A DNA stretch of 64,000 nucleotides from Clostridia bacterium (GTDB taxonomy: Bacteria; Bacillota; Clostridia; Peptostreptococcales; Anaerovoracaceae): the NCBI GenBank assembly GCA_900766045.1, contig CAAFTW010000046.1:23764-87763 (forward strand), given 5' to 3'. Each line of letters starts with the position of its first letter. Position 1 is the stretch's first letter. The notes under the pieces are model-generated. The model had not been told where the DNA came from. It searched no databases and worked only from the letters and a program-made list of their open reading frames with translations. The translations under genes and the position numbers were made by a program. Of the stretch, positions 1-9,436 are shown in pieces.

Positions 1-74
1 AGGGATATAAGATGATAGAATAAGAATATTAAATAGAATGTGTCACGATGTAATGCTCAATAGAAAGGATGTTT

Positions 75-1262
75 ATGAAAAAAGTGGAAAAGAGTGAGAC
101 GGCACAGGGAAATGAACAGCAGACCTTTTGGAAAAAGTGGGGAAGCAAGATTATCCTCCTCGCTATTGTCGCTGTCTGTGTGCTGATTTATTTGTATGTT
201 CCTTCCGTTCACCATGGAATCAATAAGGTGATCGTCACCTTCAAAGATGGTGATTTTGATGAGATGAAGGCGTTCATCGCCAAATATGGAAAATGGGCAA
301 TGCTGGTTTCCGCTCTTCTGATGATTTTCCAGTCCATCATGGCGCCTCTTCCGGCATTCTTTATCACACTGACGAACGCGAATCTGTTCGGATGGTGGCA
401 GGGATGCATTCTGTCCTTCGTTTCATCGATGGCGGGCGCCGCTCTCTGCTTCTATATCGCAAGAATTCTGGGACGAGACGTCGTAGAGAAAATCTGCACC
501 AAAGGAGCACTGAATCAGATTGAGGTATTCTTTGAAAAGCAGGGTAAGAAATGTATCCTGATCGCGAGACTTCTGCCATTCATTTCTTTCGACGTCGTCA
601 GTTACGCTGCGGGACTTACGGCGATGGATTTCGGCGGATTTTTCCTGGCTACGGGACTCGGACAGCTTCCGGCCTGCATCATTTACTCTTATGTAGGCGG
701 AATGCTGACGGGAGGCGCGAAGAAACTGTTCGTCGGACTGGTCTGCCTGTTTGCTCTGGCTATTCTGATCGTGCTGCTCCGACAGGTGTATACGGCTAAT
801 GAAAAGAAAAAAGCCGCGAAAGCAGAAATGGAAGGGAAGCAATATGTTTCTGACGGTATGTCTCCGGCAGTTGTCATTGGAAAGCTTTACACGACGGCAT
901 TCTGGGGAATGGTCGCTGCTGTTCTCTGCACCAGATCCGTTTACCTTGCCATGAGAGTCAATGTCGGCTGGATTTTCTACGGCGGCTGGCTCCTGCTCTT
1001 CCTGCTGTCTCTGATGTTCAGCAGCTTCAAGTGCGGATTTAAATTTACACTGATCAATGCGGCAGTCTGCACGCTGATCATCCTGTTTGGATCCGGCAAT
1101 GCCCTTCTGATTACCCCGGCATCGGTTGCGAGAATGGGAATCGGCATGGTTTCTGTGTCACTGAACCTGTTTAACGGAATTCTTTTGGCTTTTGCTGTTA
1201 TCGGCATTCTGCTCGTGTTCATTTTGAATTACAGAAAGAACAAGGCTGGAAAGAGTGCTTAG
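75..1262 (+). CDS. TVP38/TMEM64 (DedA/SNARE-associated) family membrane protein with an extra C-terminal polytopic region
   Basis: ORF 69..1262. DedA-type core (..RLLPFISFDVVSYAAGLT..) and many hydrophobic helices. The AAAGGA ribosome-binding site favours the second ATG at 75. Confidence 0.7.
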   Translation: MKKVEKSETAQGNEQQTFWKKWGSKIILLAIVAVCVLIYLYVPSVHHGINKVIVTFKDGDFDEMKAFIAKYGKWAMLVSALLMIFQSIMAPLPAFFITLTNANLFGWWQGCILSFVSSMAGAALCFYIARILGRDVVEKICTKGALNQIEVFFEKQGKKCILIARLLPFISFDVVSYAAGLTAMDFGGFFLATGLGQLPACIIYSYVGGMLTGGAKKLFVGLVCLFALAILIVLLRQVYTANEKKKAAKAEMEGKQYVSDGMSPAVVIGKLYTTAFWGMVAAVLCTRSVYLAMRVNVGWIFYGGWLLLFLLSLMFSSFKCGFKFTLINAAVCTLIILFGSGNALLITPASVARMGIGMVSVSLNLFNGILLAFAVIGILLVFILNYRKNKAGKSA

Positions 1263-1369
1263 ACTGCGCATATGGGAAAAGGAATTCTATAGTATAATGT
1301 TAAATAAAGCTGCAGAGTGCGTGGAATTACCGACTCTGCGGCAGATATATAGGAAAAGAGGTTAAAGAA

Positions 1370-2041
1370 ATGAAATCGAAAACGCTGAAAAAAATTCTTG
1401 TTGCTGCCCTGGGAGTTGTAATGGCTGTCTCCCTTGCCGCCTGCGGAAGTTCGTCTTCTTCCAGCAGTTCTTCCGGCTCATCGGCAAAAAAAGACTATTC
1501 CAAGGTAAGCGTCAATAAGGCAAAGAAGAGTATTTCTTTCTATGCAACGGTTAACGGCACTTATTTTACACAGGCTACCAGACATTATATCGTGACCAAA
1601 GGAAAAACAAATGGAGATAAATCCATTCTCCGCGCCTATCCTTCTGAATTAAAAATCTATAACGGTTTAAAGGCAGTCGGAGGAAAGCCTTGGGACGGCA
1701 TGAAGATCGAGCAGAAGGGGCAGAAAACACAGGGAGAAAAAGTTGCGGTGACTCTTTCCTGGAAGGGCTCCAATGGTGAAGTTCCGGCAGCAAAAACGGT
1801 AAAAACCGCTTCCGGCGCAGCGCCTAAGATTGACTTCCGTTATTCCGGAAATCTGAAGAACGCAAAGAAATATAACGTAGGATGCATCGCCTGCCTGGAC
1901 AGCTGCTACGTTGGAATCATCTCAAACGCAGCCTATGGATACGGAGATATTGAAGGTGGAAAAGTAAAGACAATGGGCAATTCCAAAGTTCTCCCTAAGG
2001 ATGGAACGGTTGTAAAGGTTACATTTACGTTGAAAGACTGA
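1370..2041 (+). CDS. Lipoprotein of unknown function
   Basis: Signal peptide plus lipobox (LAAC|GSSSS), then a Ser-rich linker. Good ribosome-binding site (AAAGAGG). I recognise no known catalytic motif. Confidence 0.6.
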   Translation: MKSKTLKKILVAALGVVMAVSLAACGSSSSSSSSSGSSAKKDYSKVSVNKAKKSISFYATVNGTYFTQATRHYIVTKGKTNGDKSILRAYPSELKIYNGLKAVGGKPWDGMKIEQKGQKTQGEKVAVTLSWKGSNGEVPAAKTVKTASGAAPKIDFRYSGNLKNAKKYNVGCIACLDSCYVGIISNAAYGYGDIEGGKVKTMGNSKVLPKDGTVVKVTFTLKD

Positions 2042-2081
2042 TGCACATTCAGCTGATAAAGTGATATTCGGGAGGAAAGAA

Positions 2082-2528
2082 ATGGCTTTACCGGAAAATT
2101 ACAGTGTTGAAGAAATCAAAGATAAATTTATGCATGGCATTGACTGTTCTCAGCTTGTCGCGGCTGCATACAGTAAAGCACTGGACATGGATGAACAGGA
2201 ACTTCTGCGCATGACCTCTGCCTTTGGCGGCGGAATGCTGAAGGGAGAGACCTGCGGCGCAGTAATTGCGGCATTTATTCTTCTGGGTCTGAAATATGGT
2301 CATGACCATGAAGACGATGCAGAGGGAAAGACCGAACTCTATAAGAAGATGGCACAGTTCCGTATGGAGTTTCAGAAAAAGTATGATTCAGAGATGTGTA
2401 CCGGACTTCTGGGCTATAATCTGAGCGACCCGGACGAGGCAGCGAAGCACCAGGAAGAAAATCTGCTTCTTACACGCTGCCCGGTGATCGTAAAAGATAC
2501 AATCGATATTCTGGAGGGCCTTCTGTAA
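2082..2528 (+). CDS. C_GCAxxG_C_C family putative redox-active protein
   Basis: Hallmark Cys motifs (..GETCGAVIAAFILLG.., ..CTGLLGY.., ..TRCP..). GGAGG ribosome-binding site before the ATG at 2082. The stop overlaps the start of the next gene (TAATG). Confidence 0.75.
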   Translation: MALPENYSVEEIKDKFMHGIDCSQLVAAAYSKALDMDEQELLRMTSAFGGGMLKGETCGAVIAAFILLGLKYGHDHEDDAEGKTELYKKMAQFRMEFQKKYDSEMCTGLLGYNLSDPDEAAKHQEENLLLTRCPVIVKDTIDILEGLL

Positions 2529-3907
2529 TGACGGAAAAAAGAGCGGTAATTCTCTTTACAAGAATTCCTGTTCCCGGCCTTACCAAGACCCGTCTGATGC
2601 CTTATTATACGCCTGAACAGTGCGCAGAGCTTCATCTCTGCTTTCTCAGGGACATTCGCAGAAACTTAAGTGGAATTGACGCGGATCTGTTTATTTACTA
2701 CGCAGAACCGGGAGATCCGGCTGTGTTGAAAGAGATATTCGGAAACAGGCTTCCAAGGCCGCGGCACGGCTGGATTCACGGCTCAGGAAAGATTACATAC
2801 CGTCTTCAGGTCGATTTGGGTCTGGGGGAACGGATGTACCAGGCGATGGAAGATGTACTGAACGAGGGATATGACAGCTGCGTACTGACAGGAACAGATC
2901 TTCCGGATCTGACAAAAGAAATCTTCGAAGATGCATTCGCAAGGCTGAAAACGCATGACGTGGTCCTGGGTCCTACCAGAGACGGGGGCTATTATCTGAT
3001 CGGAAGTAAGGCGCCCCAGCATGTCTGTTTTGAAAATCAGGTTTACGGCGGAAGCAGTGTATTTGAAAATACTGCTGCAGCCGTATTAAACCACGGTCTG
3101 AGTCTGAGCCTGGCTGAAGTTCTGCATGATGTGGACACCAGAAGTGACTTGATTCACCGTCTTGACCGGCGGAGACGTCATACGGAAAAACCGTTTCTGG
3201 AAAGCGACCGCTATATCGCGGCTCATGTGAAAATATCTGTGATCGTTCCGGTATACAATGAAATCAAGCTTGTCCGTCAGATCCAGCGGGAGCTGAAAAA
3301 GAAGTTCTCCTCTTGCGAGGTGATTTTTGTCGATGGAAACAGCGCGGACGGTACAGCAGAGAAAATTGATGAGAAATATACACGGCTTAAGAGTGAAAAG
3401 GGCCGGGCGAAACAGATGAATCTGGGCGCGCAGAGGGCGTCGGGGGATATTCTGTTCTTTCTGCACTGTGACTCGCGTCTTCCAAAAGATCCGCAGCGGG
3501 AGATCCGCCGTGTATACATTTCAAATCTTGCGGGATGCTTTAAAATAGGATTCCCGACAAAGCGCTTTCTCATGCTGACCAACAGCATTCTGTCTAACCG
3601 ACGGGTGAAAGAAGATGGGATTATGTTCGGCGATCAGGGAATATTTATTGACCGCCGTCTGTTCATGAAGATGGGTGGATTTCCGAATATCCCGCTGATG
3701 GAAGATTATGAACTGTCCAGAGAGCTGAAGCGGCATGGGATTTCTATCGGCATGACAAGGAAAAAACTGATCAGCTCAGACCGGCGCTATCCCAGAAGTA
3801 CCAAAGGGACGCTGCGTCTGATGAAAAAAATGTATGACATGCGCCAGATGTATCTGCATGGAGTGAGTCCGGAAAAACTGGCAGAGAAATACAGGGACAT
3901 TCGATAA
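2528..3907 (+). CDS. Fused DUF2064 (TIGR04282-like) plus family-2 glycosyltransferase (TIGR04283-like), the 'rSAM/selenodomain-associated transferase 1+2' pair in one polypeptide
   Basis: N-terminal half: AVILFTRIPVPGLTKTRL...DLGLGERM...VVLGPTRDGGYYLIG (DUF2064). C-terminal half: ISVIVPVYNE...VIFVDGNSADGT...FFLHCDSRLP (GT2 fold). Confidence 0.75.
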   Translation: MTEKRAVILFTRIPVPGLTKTRLMPYYTPEQCAELHLCFLRDIRRNLSGIDADLFIYYAEPGDPAVLKEIFGNRLPRPRHGWIHGSGKITYRLQVDLGLGERMYQAMEDVLNEGYDSCVLTGTDLPDLTKEIFEDAFARLKTHDVVLGPTRDGGYYLIGSKAPQHVCFENQVYGGSSVFENTAAAVLNHGLSLSLAEVLHDVDTRSDLIHRLDRRRRHTEKPFLESDRYIAAHVKISVIVPVYNEIKLVRQIQRELKKKFSSCEVIFVDGNSADGTAEKIDEKYTRLKSEKGRAKQMNLGAQRASGDILFFLHCDSRLPKDPQREIRRVYISNLAGCFKIGFPTKRFLMLTNSILSNRRVKEDGIMFGDQGIFIDRRLFMKMGGFPNIPLMEDYELSRELKRHGISIGMTRKKLISSDRRYPRSTKGTLRLMKKMYDMRQMYLHGVSPEKLAEKYRDIR

Positions 3908-4002
3908 AATGAAGCAGAAAAAAACCGGCACTGCTGAAAGGGCTTTCTAAGCCTGGATCGTGGCGCCGGGATTTCTGATGGGAAATGCAGGAGAATGAGA
4001 AT

Positions 4003-5238
4003 ATGAGAATACTGAGTATTACTGCGCAGAAGCCGAGCAGCACGGGCAGCGGCGTTTATCTGACTGAAGTCGTAAAAGCCCTTGCCGCAGAAGGCCATCA
4101 GCAGGCGGTCGTGGCGGGAATCACGCATGAGGATGAGCCGGTGTTTCCGGATGGCGTTGGATTTTATCCGGTGTACTATGAGACGGATGAGCTGCCATTT
4201 CCAGTGGCAGGAATGTCGGATGAGATGCCGTACAGAAGTACACGTTACTGTGATTTTACGGAAGAAATGAGTGCTCAGTTTAAAGATGCGTTCTTAACGG
4301 TGATTCGCAGGGCGGTGGATGATCTGGATCCGGAACTGATTTTGTGTCATCATCTGTATTTCCTGACGGCACTGGTAAGAGAAGAATTTCCGGACCGCTG
4401 CGTATGCGGATTCTGCCATAATACGGACCTGCGGCAGATGGAGAAAAATCCAGTGAACCGGGAGTGGATCCGGCCGAGAATCCCCTTGCTGGATAAGATT
4501 TTTGTCCCGCAGAAACCACAGGCGGATAAGACAGTAAGGATTTACGGAGCCGATCCTGAGAAAATCGTCACGGTAGGCATGGGATTTAACGATCAGATCT
4601 TCCGGATTGATCCTTCTGCGCGGGCTGAAAAGCTGCGCCGTGAGGGCGATCAGGGCCGGAGGAGGCTGCTGGTGTTCGCCGGGAAGATCGCGGAGAAAAA
4701 GGGCGTGATGAGTCTGATCAGAGCACTGGACCAGATGGATATTCCGCCGGAGAAGCTCCAGGTCGTTCTGGCGGGCGGCGCCGGTAATAAGGAAGAATAT
4801 CGTCAGATTACGGACATGGCAGAGGAATGCCAGTATGAGCTGAAATTCCCTGGCAGAATGGCCCAGGAAGATCTGGCAGAGCTGTATAACCGGGCGGATG
4901 TATTCGTTCTGCCGTCATTTTTCGACGGAATTCCGCTGGTGGTTATCGAAGCCCTTGCCTGCGGTGACCGGGTTGTGGTATCTTCACTTCCGGGAATTGA
5001 TGCCTGGCTGAAGAAGAACGCGCCGGGTGCGGATGTACGAATTGTAAAGCTGCCAGAAATGAAGAATGCCGACGAACCGGATCCTGCCGGGCTGCCGGGC
5101 TTTGAAGAGAAGCTTGCGCGTGCACTTGAGGAGAGCCTGCTGAGCCCGCTGAGTAAACCGGCAGATGTCAGCAGAATTTCCTGGCGCAGTCTCGTAAATA
5201 CAGTGATCGGAAGTGTTTCCGACCGCAGGACAAAATAA
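4003..5238 (+). CDS. Glycosyltransferase family 1 (GT4-type)
   Basis: GT-B C-terminal signature (..LLVFAGKIAEKKG...VFVLPSFFDGIPLVVIEALACG..). GGAGAA ribosome-binding site before the ATG at 4003; an alternative ATG lies at 3985. Confidence 0.75.
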   Translation: MRILSITAQKPSSTGSGVYLTEVVKALAAEGHQQAVVAGITHEDEPVFPDGVGFYPVYYETDELPFPVAGMSDEMPYRSTRYCDFTEEMSAQFKDAFLTVIRRAVDDLDPELILCHHLYFLTALVREEFPDRCVCGFCHNTDLRQMEKNPVNREWIRPRIPLLDKIFVPQKPQADKTVRIYGADPEKIVTVGMGFNDQIFRIDPSARAEKLRREGDQGRRRLLVFAGKIAEKKGVMSLIRALDQMDIPPEKLQVVLAGGAGNKEEYRQITDMAEECQYELKFPGRMAQEDLAELYNRADVFVLPSFFDGIPLVVIEALACGDRVVVSSLPGIDAWLKKNAPGADVRIVKLPEMKNADEPDPAGLPGFEEKLARALEESLLSPLSKPADVSRISWRSLVNTVIGSVSDRRTK

Positions 5239-5250
5239 AAGGAGCAAGAA

Positions 5251-6027
5251 ATGACGGAGCGCAGACGTGTCTTATTTTACGGCGATTCGAATACATATGG
5301 TTATGATCCGAGGGGCTTTCTGGGAGGCCGCTATCCGATTGAAGAAATATGGGTCAGCCGTGTCCGGGAAGCTCTGAAAGACAGTTGGACGGTAATGATC
5401 GATGGGATGAATGGACGGGAAATCCCGTCCTCTCCTCTTACCATGCAGGCACTGGACCGGACATTGAAAGGCTGCGCTCCTCTGGATCTGTTCGCCGTTA
5501 TGCTGGGTTCAAACGACTTGTTATTCTCCGGCCCGGACCCACGGAAAGCTGCGGATAAGATGGAAATGATGCTGGATCATGTATCGGAGCTTCTCGCGCG
5601 TGAGAACCGGAAGGCGTGGAAAAAAGGAAAGGCGGCCGTGCATGGAATACATGGCGCTGTGGAGGGCCGTAAAGATGCTGATGATGGAACCGGCAGGAGT
5701 GGTGCATCTGCTGACGTCAGACCTGGCGGGAGCGGTAAAGCGGATGCGGATGGCATTGGTGAAAACACATCTGCCGCTTGTCTGAATATAAAAGATGCAG
5801 AAATTCTCCTGATTGCGCCGCCCCTCGATTATTCAGAAGGGGAGCGCCTGAAAGATGCCAGCGCCCGTCTCGGCATCTTGTACAGGAAGCTCGCGGAAAG
5901 GAAACATTACCATTTCCTGGATGCCGGGAGCCAGAACTTTTCACTGGCTTTTGACGGCCTGCATTTTTCTGAAGAAGGACACCGGCAGATGGGAGAATTC
6001 ATGGCAAAGGCGCTGGCGGAGCTGTAA
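5251..6027 (+). CDS. SGNH/GDSL hydrolase-type esterase with an internal low-complexity insertion
   Basis: Block I (VLFYGDSNTYG), block III (GSND) and block V (DGLHFSEEGH). A Gly/Asp/Ala-rich insert lies between the blocks. Strong ribosome-binding site (AAAAGGAG). Confidence 0.75.
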   Translation: MTERRRVLFYGDSNTYGYDPRGFLGGRYPIEEIWVSRVREALKDSWTVMIDGMNGREIPSSPLTMQALDRTLKGCAPLDLFAVMLGSNDLLFSGPDPRKAADKMEMMLDHVSELLARENRKAWKKGKAAVHGIHGAVEGRKDADDGTGRSGASADVRPGGSGKADADGIGENTSAACLNIKDAEILLIAPPLDYSEGERLKDASARLGILYRKLAERKHYHFLDAGSQNFSLAFDGLHFSEEGHRQMGEFMAKALAEL

Positions 6028-6111
6028 GGGCTCAGGCTGAAGGATCATACTGTCCGGATGTGTACTGGGACTATGTTAAGTTGAAAATTAGCGGATGGTG
6101 AATGAAGACTT

Positions 6112-6150
6112 ATGGATGCTGGTTGATGGCTGTTGGCTGTTGGCTGTTGG
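6112..6150. repeat. Short tandem heptamer repeat (GGCTGTT x4, plus one degenerate unit)
   Basis: ggttgat ggctgtt ggctgtt ggctgtt ggctgtt, read directly in the non-coding region after the SGNH hydrolase gene. Confidence 0.8.
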
Positions 6151-6570
6151 CTGTTGCAGCGAGTATACTGCATACCGAATCCTGCCTTTCCTGGAGTTAT
6201 ACTGTATAATCATAATCACATATCGATTCAACTCTATTATCCAGGGTAGTTAGGTAATTAATGTGCTTGTTTTGGGTCAGATATTCGGAAAATCGTGATT
6301 TCCAGAAAATGGGAAAAGGAGCTGAAAAAAATCTGTTTTGGAATTCTAAAATAATCATGATTTCACAACGGACAGCATCCGTTCCTGTGCGATTTCTTCT
6401 AATATATGGAAATTTTAATTGGGAATAGGATGAAGGCGAGAAAAAAATGGTAGAAGCATTAACAGAGTATACAATCATATAGGTAAATTATTAAATATAT
6501 ACTGTTTATTTATATATGTAAAACAATTTGTCCCATTCTCTGCTGCGGTTTTAGAAGAATATAAACGCTC

Positions 6571-6645
6571 AGAGAAAAGAGGCCGCAGGAAATCAAAAGA
6601 ACTCGGAAAAGAATTCAGATAATTTCCTGCGGCTTCTTTTGCCGT
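6571..6645. terminator. Long hairpin with U-rich tails on both strands (bidirectional terminator-like)
   Basis: GCCGCAGGAAAT...ATTTCCTGCGGC followed by TTCTTTT. It lies in the 1.1-kb AT-rich gap between the SGNH hydrolase gene and fabD. Confidence 0.45.
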
Positions 6646-7128
6646 TTCATAATCGTGGTTAATAAATTATTTCAAAACAAATTTCGAGAAAGTGCTATCT
6701 ATCGATGAATTGCCGGGGCAATGGGAAAGAAAAATAGGAGCAGGCTGGTGAAGATAATGGAACAATGAAGGAGAATTTAGTATGTCGGCAGCATGAAGTG
6801 CAAGTATGCAGTATACACACGATTCTCTCCTCCGTTGACGGGCGCATGGTAATTAAAATTATTTAAATAAAAATATTGACTTAAATTCGAAAAAAGTCTA
6901 TGATAAGCCATGTGGTTAAAATTTTTGAAGTAAAAGTGATGAATTTACGTCAGCATAACTGCTGTCTGCGGAAAATCTGCTGAAGCTGAGATCGTCCGCA
7001 AGACACTGGGCCGCCTGTGAGCCTGATTTTGCAGGAGGGACAGTGGATTCACACACCGATATCATACAATCAGATTCATGTGAGGAATAAGAGTTCGTGA
7101 ATAAGATTGTTCCAACAAGGGGGATCAT

Positions 7129-8061
7129 ATGGGTAAGACAGCGCTTCTTTTTGCGGGACAGGGCAGTCAGTTCCCGGGTATGGGAAAGGACTTTTATGAG
7201 CAGTATTCAGGGTTTAAAAGGGTTTTCGACCTTCTTCCGGAAGAACAGCGGAATATCGCCTTTTCCGGGAATCGGGATCAGCTGAAGGAGACGGTGAACA
7301 CGCAGCCGATTCTTCTGGCTTTTGGAGTCGGAATTTATGAGATATTGAAAAACAGCGGCTTTCGTCCGGATATGGCGGCAGGCCTGAGCCTCGGAGAATA
7401 TTCCGCTCTGACCGCTGCCGGTGTCTTTACGCCGGAACAGGCAGTTTCGCTGATTCAGTGCCGTGCGAAGGCGATGGTGGAGGCTTCTGCAGGCGTTGAG
7501 ACAGAAATGTCCGCGATTCTGGGCCTTGATCGGGAGAAGCTGACAGACTGCCTGAAGCGTGCGTCTTCTGCTGGCCGCGTAGAAGCAGCCAATTTCAACT
7601 GTCCGGGGCAGATCGTGATTGCAGGCGAAAGCGCGGCCGTAGAAGAGGCCGAACGTCTGGCAAAAGAAGCCGGTGCAAGGAAGTGTATGCGTCTTCCGGT
7701 CAGCGGTCCCTTCCACACATCTTATATGAAACCGGCGGCAGAAGTTTTAAGGCAGCGTTTTCAGCATGAATTTTTTGGCAGGATGGAGTTTCCGGTATAT
7801 TTTAACTGCACAGGAAAGCCGGAGAAGGCTGCAGACGGCCAGACTGAGGCGGAATTGATTTCCAGCCTGCTTGTTCGTCAGGTGCAGTCGGGTGTATACA
7901 TGGAGGACACGATCCGGAATATGATCGCTGCTGGTGCAGACCAGTTCATTGAAATCGGCCCGGGAAAGACCCTCTCCGGATTTGTAAGGCGCACAGACAG
8001 AAGCGTACACACGGTCAGTATTACAACAGCAGAAGATCTGCAGGCTTTTCTCAGTGAATAA
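7129..8061 (+). CDS. fabD: Malonyl-CoA:ACP transacylase
   Basis: GQGSQFPGMG and GLSLGEYSAL (active-site Ser). Ribosome-binding site GGGGGA. Confidence 0.92.
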   Translation: MGKTALLFAGQGSQFPGMGKDFYEQYSGFKRVFDLLPEEQRNIAFSGNRDQLKETVNTQPILLAFGVGIYEILKNSGFRPDMAAGLSLGEYSALTAAGVFTPEQAVSLIQCRAKAMVEASAGVETEMSAILGLDREKLTDCLKRASSAGRVEAANFNCPGQIVIAGESAAVEEAERLAKEAGARKCMRLPVSGPFHTSYMKPAAEVLRQRFQHEFFGRMEFPVYFNCTGKPEKAADGQTEAELISSLLVRQVQSGVYMEDTIRNMIAAGADQFIEIGPGKTLSGFVRRTDRSVHTVSITTAEDLQAFLSE

Positions 8062-8073
8062 AAGGAGATAATC

Positions 8074-8814
8074 ATGGGTGAACGGAGAGCAGCAATCGTA
8101 ACAGGCGGCGGAAAGGGAATCGGACGCGCGATTTGTCTTCAGCTGGCGAAAGACGGAAATGATATCATCGTAAATTATGCGGGGAGCCGGGAGGCTGCGG
8201 AAGAAACTGCTGAAGCATGCAGAAGACTCGGTGTTGACGCGCAGGCAGTTCAGGCGGATGTGGCAGATGAAGGAGAATGCTCCTTGCTGGTTGATTTTTG
8301 TCTGAAACAGTTCGGGAGAATCGATATTCTGGTAAATAATGCAGGTGTGACCAGAGATAATCTGATTATGCGTATGGGAAAAGAGGATTTTCAGAAGGTG
8401 ATTGACACGAATCTGACGGGGACGTTTATGATGATGAAGGCGGTCAGCCGTCCGATGATGAAGGCGCACTACGGCAGAATCATCAGTATTTCCTCGGTTT
8501 CTGCGCTGACGGGAAATCCGGGACAGGTAAATTACGCGGCCAGCAAGGCCGGGATTATCGGGATGACCCGGTCTCTGGCCAGAGAACTTGCGTCCAGAAA
8601 GATTACGGTCAATGCGGTGGCGCCGGGTGCGGTGGATACGGATATGACCAGGGCTCTGCCAGAGAAGACCAGGGAAGCCATGATTGCGGCGATTCCGATG
8701 AAGAGAATGGCGGAAGCTTCGGATATCGCGAATGCGGTCTCTTTTCTGGCAAAAGAGGAGTCATCGTATATTACCGGTCAGGTGCTGAACGTCAGCGGCG
8801 GTATGGTGATTTAA
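8074..8814 (+). CDS. fabG: 3-oxoacyl-ACP reductase (SDR)
   Basis: AIVTGGGKGIGRAI Rossmann motif, NNAG, YAASKAG catalytic triad. Ribosome-binding site AAAGGAG. Confidence 0.9.
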   Translation: MGERRAAIVTGGGKGIGRAICLQLAKDGNDIIVNYAGSREAAEETAEACRRLGVDAQAVQADVADEGECSLLVDFCLKQFGRIDILVNNAGVTRDNLIMRMGKEDFQKVIDTNLTGTFMMMKAVSRPMMKAHYGRIISISSVSALTGNPGQVNYAASKAGIIGMTRSLARELASRKITVNAVAPGAVDTDMTRALPEKTREAMIAAIPMKRMAEASDIANAVSFLAKEESSYITGQVLNVSGGMVI

Positions 8815-8825
8815 GGAGGCATGAG

Positions 8826-9269
8826 ATGAAGCTGAATAATGATGAAATCCGAAAGATCCTTCCCCACAGATATCCTTTTCTGCTGGTGGATAAAATCACG
8901 GATATGGAGCCGGGAGAGTATGCGAAGGGAATCAAGTGTGTGTCTGCTAATGAAATGCAGTTCCTTGGGCATTTTCCGCAGAAGGCCGTGATGCCGGGAG
9001 TGCTGATTCTGGAGGCGCTGGCGCAGACGGGAGCCTGTGCGATTCTGTCGCTGCCGGAGTATAGAGGGAAGATTGCAGTGTTCGGAGGTGTGAAGAAATG
9101 CCGGTTTAGGAAGGTTGTGGTTCCGGGGGATGTTCTGGAAATGTCCTGTGAGATTACGGCAAAAAAAGGTCCGGTCGGGTTTGGGAAAGCCTGCGCTGTG
9201 GTCGATGGCGAAATTGCCGTTGACGCGGAAATTTCTTTTGCCATCAGTGACAGTGAAGAGCGGGCGTAA
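8826..9269 (+). CDS. fabZ: 3-hydroxyacyl-ACP dehydratase
   Basis: LPHRYPFLLVDKI...HFP...PGVL hot-dog-fold signature. Ribosome-binding site AAGGAGG. Confidence 0.9.
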   Translation: MKLNNDEIRKILPHRYPFLLVDKITDMEPGEYAKGIKCVSANEMQFLGHFPQKAVMPGVLILEALAQTGACAILSLPEYRGKIAVFGGVKKCRFRKVVVPGDVLEMSCEITAKKGPVGFGKACAVVDGEIAVDAEISFAISDSEERA

Positions 9270-9436
9270 GTAACAATGGGATTTAAGAAAAGAGGCTGGT
9301 GTATGCATATGCGGTAATGCCATCGTGAGAAATGAAATTCTTGTGAAGGGAAAACAGCGGTGCAGTACATCAGCCTCATTTTTATTTTTATGCGATTTCA
9401 GTCTGCCTGGGGATCCGCAGACGTGAAACATGGTTT

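Noticed and set aside
2061-3907. In-frame TGA (selenocysteine) read-through or a missing selenoprotein next to the 'selenodomain-associated' transferases.
   Set aside because: Both the C_GCAxxG_C_C and the DUF2064-GT2 ORFs are continuous with ordinary stops. I found no same-frame ORF pair split by a single TGA nearby, and no SECIS-like hairpin.
6112-6150. Possible CRISPR array at the heptamer repeat.
   Set aside because: Units are 7 bp and directly abutting, with no spacers. No cas genes are in the window. It is a microsatellite, not a CRISPR.
6197-6478. 93-aa minus-strand ORF in the AT-rich gap before fabD.
   Set aside because: No ribosome-binding site and an AT-rich composition that translates to F/I/N/Y-rich low-complexity protein. 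It looks like a chance ORF.
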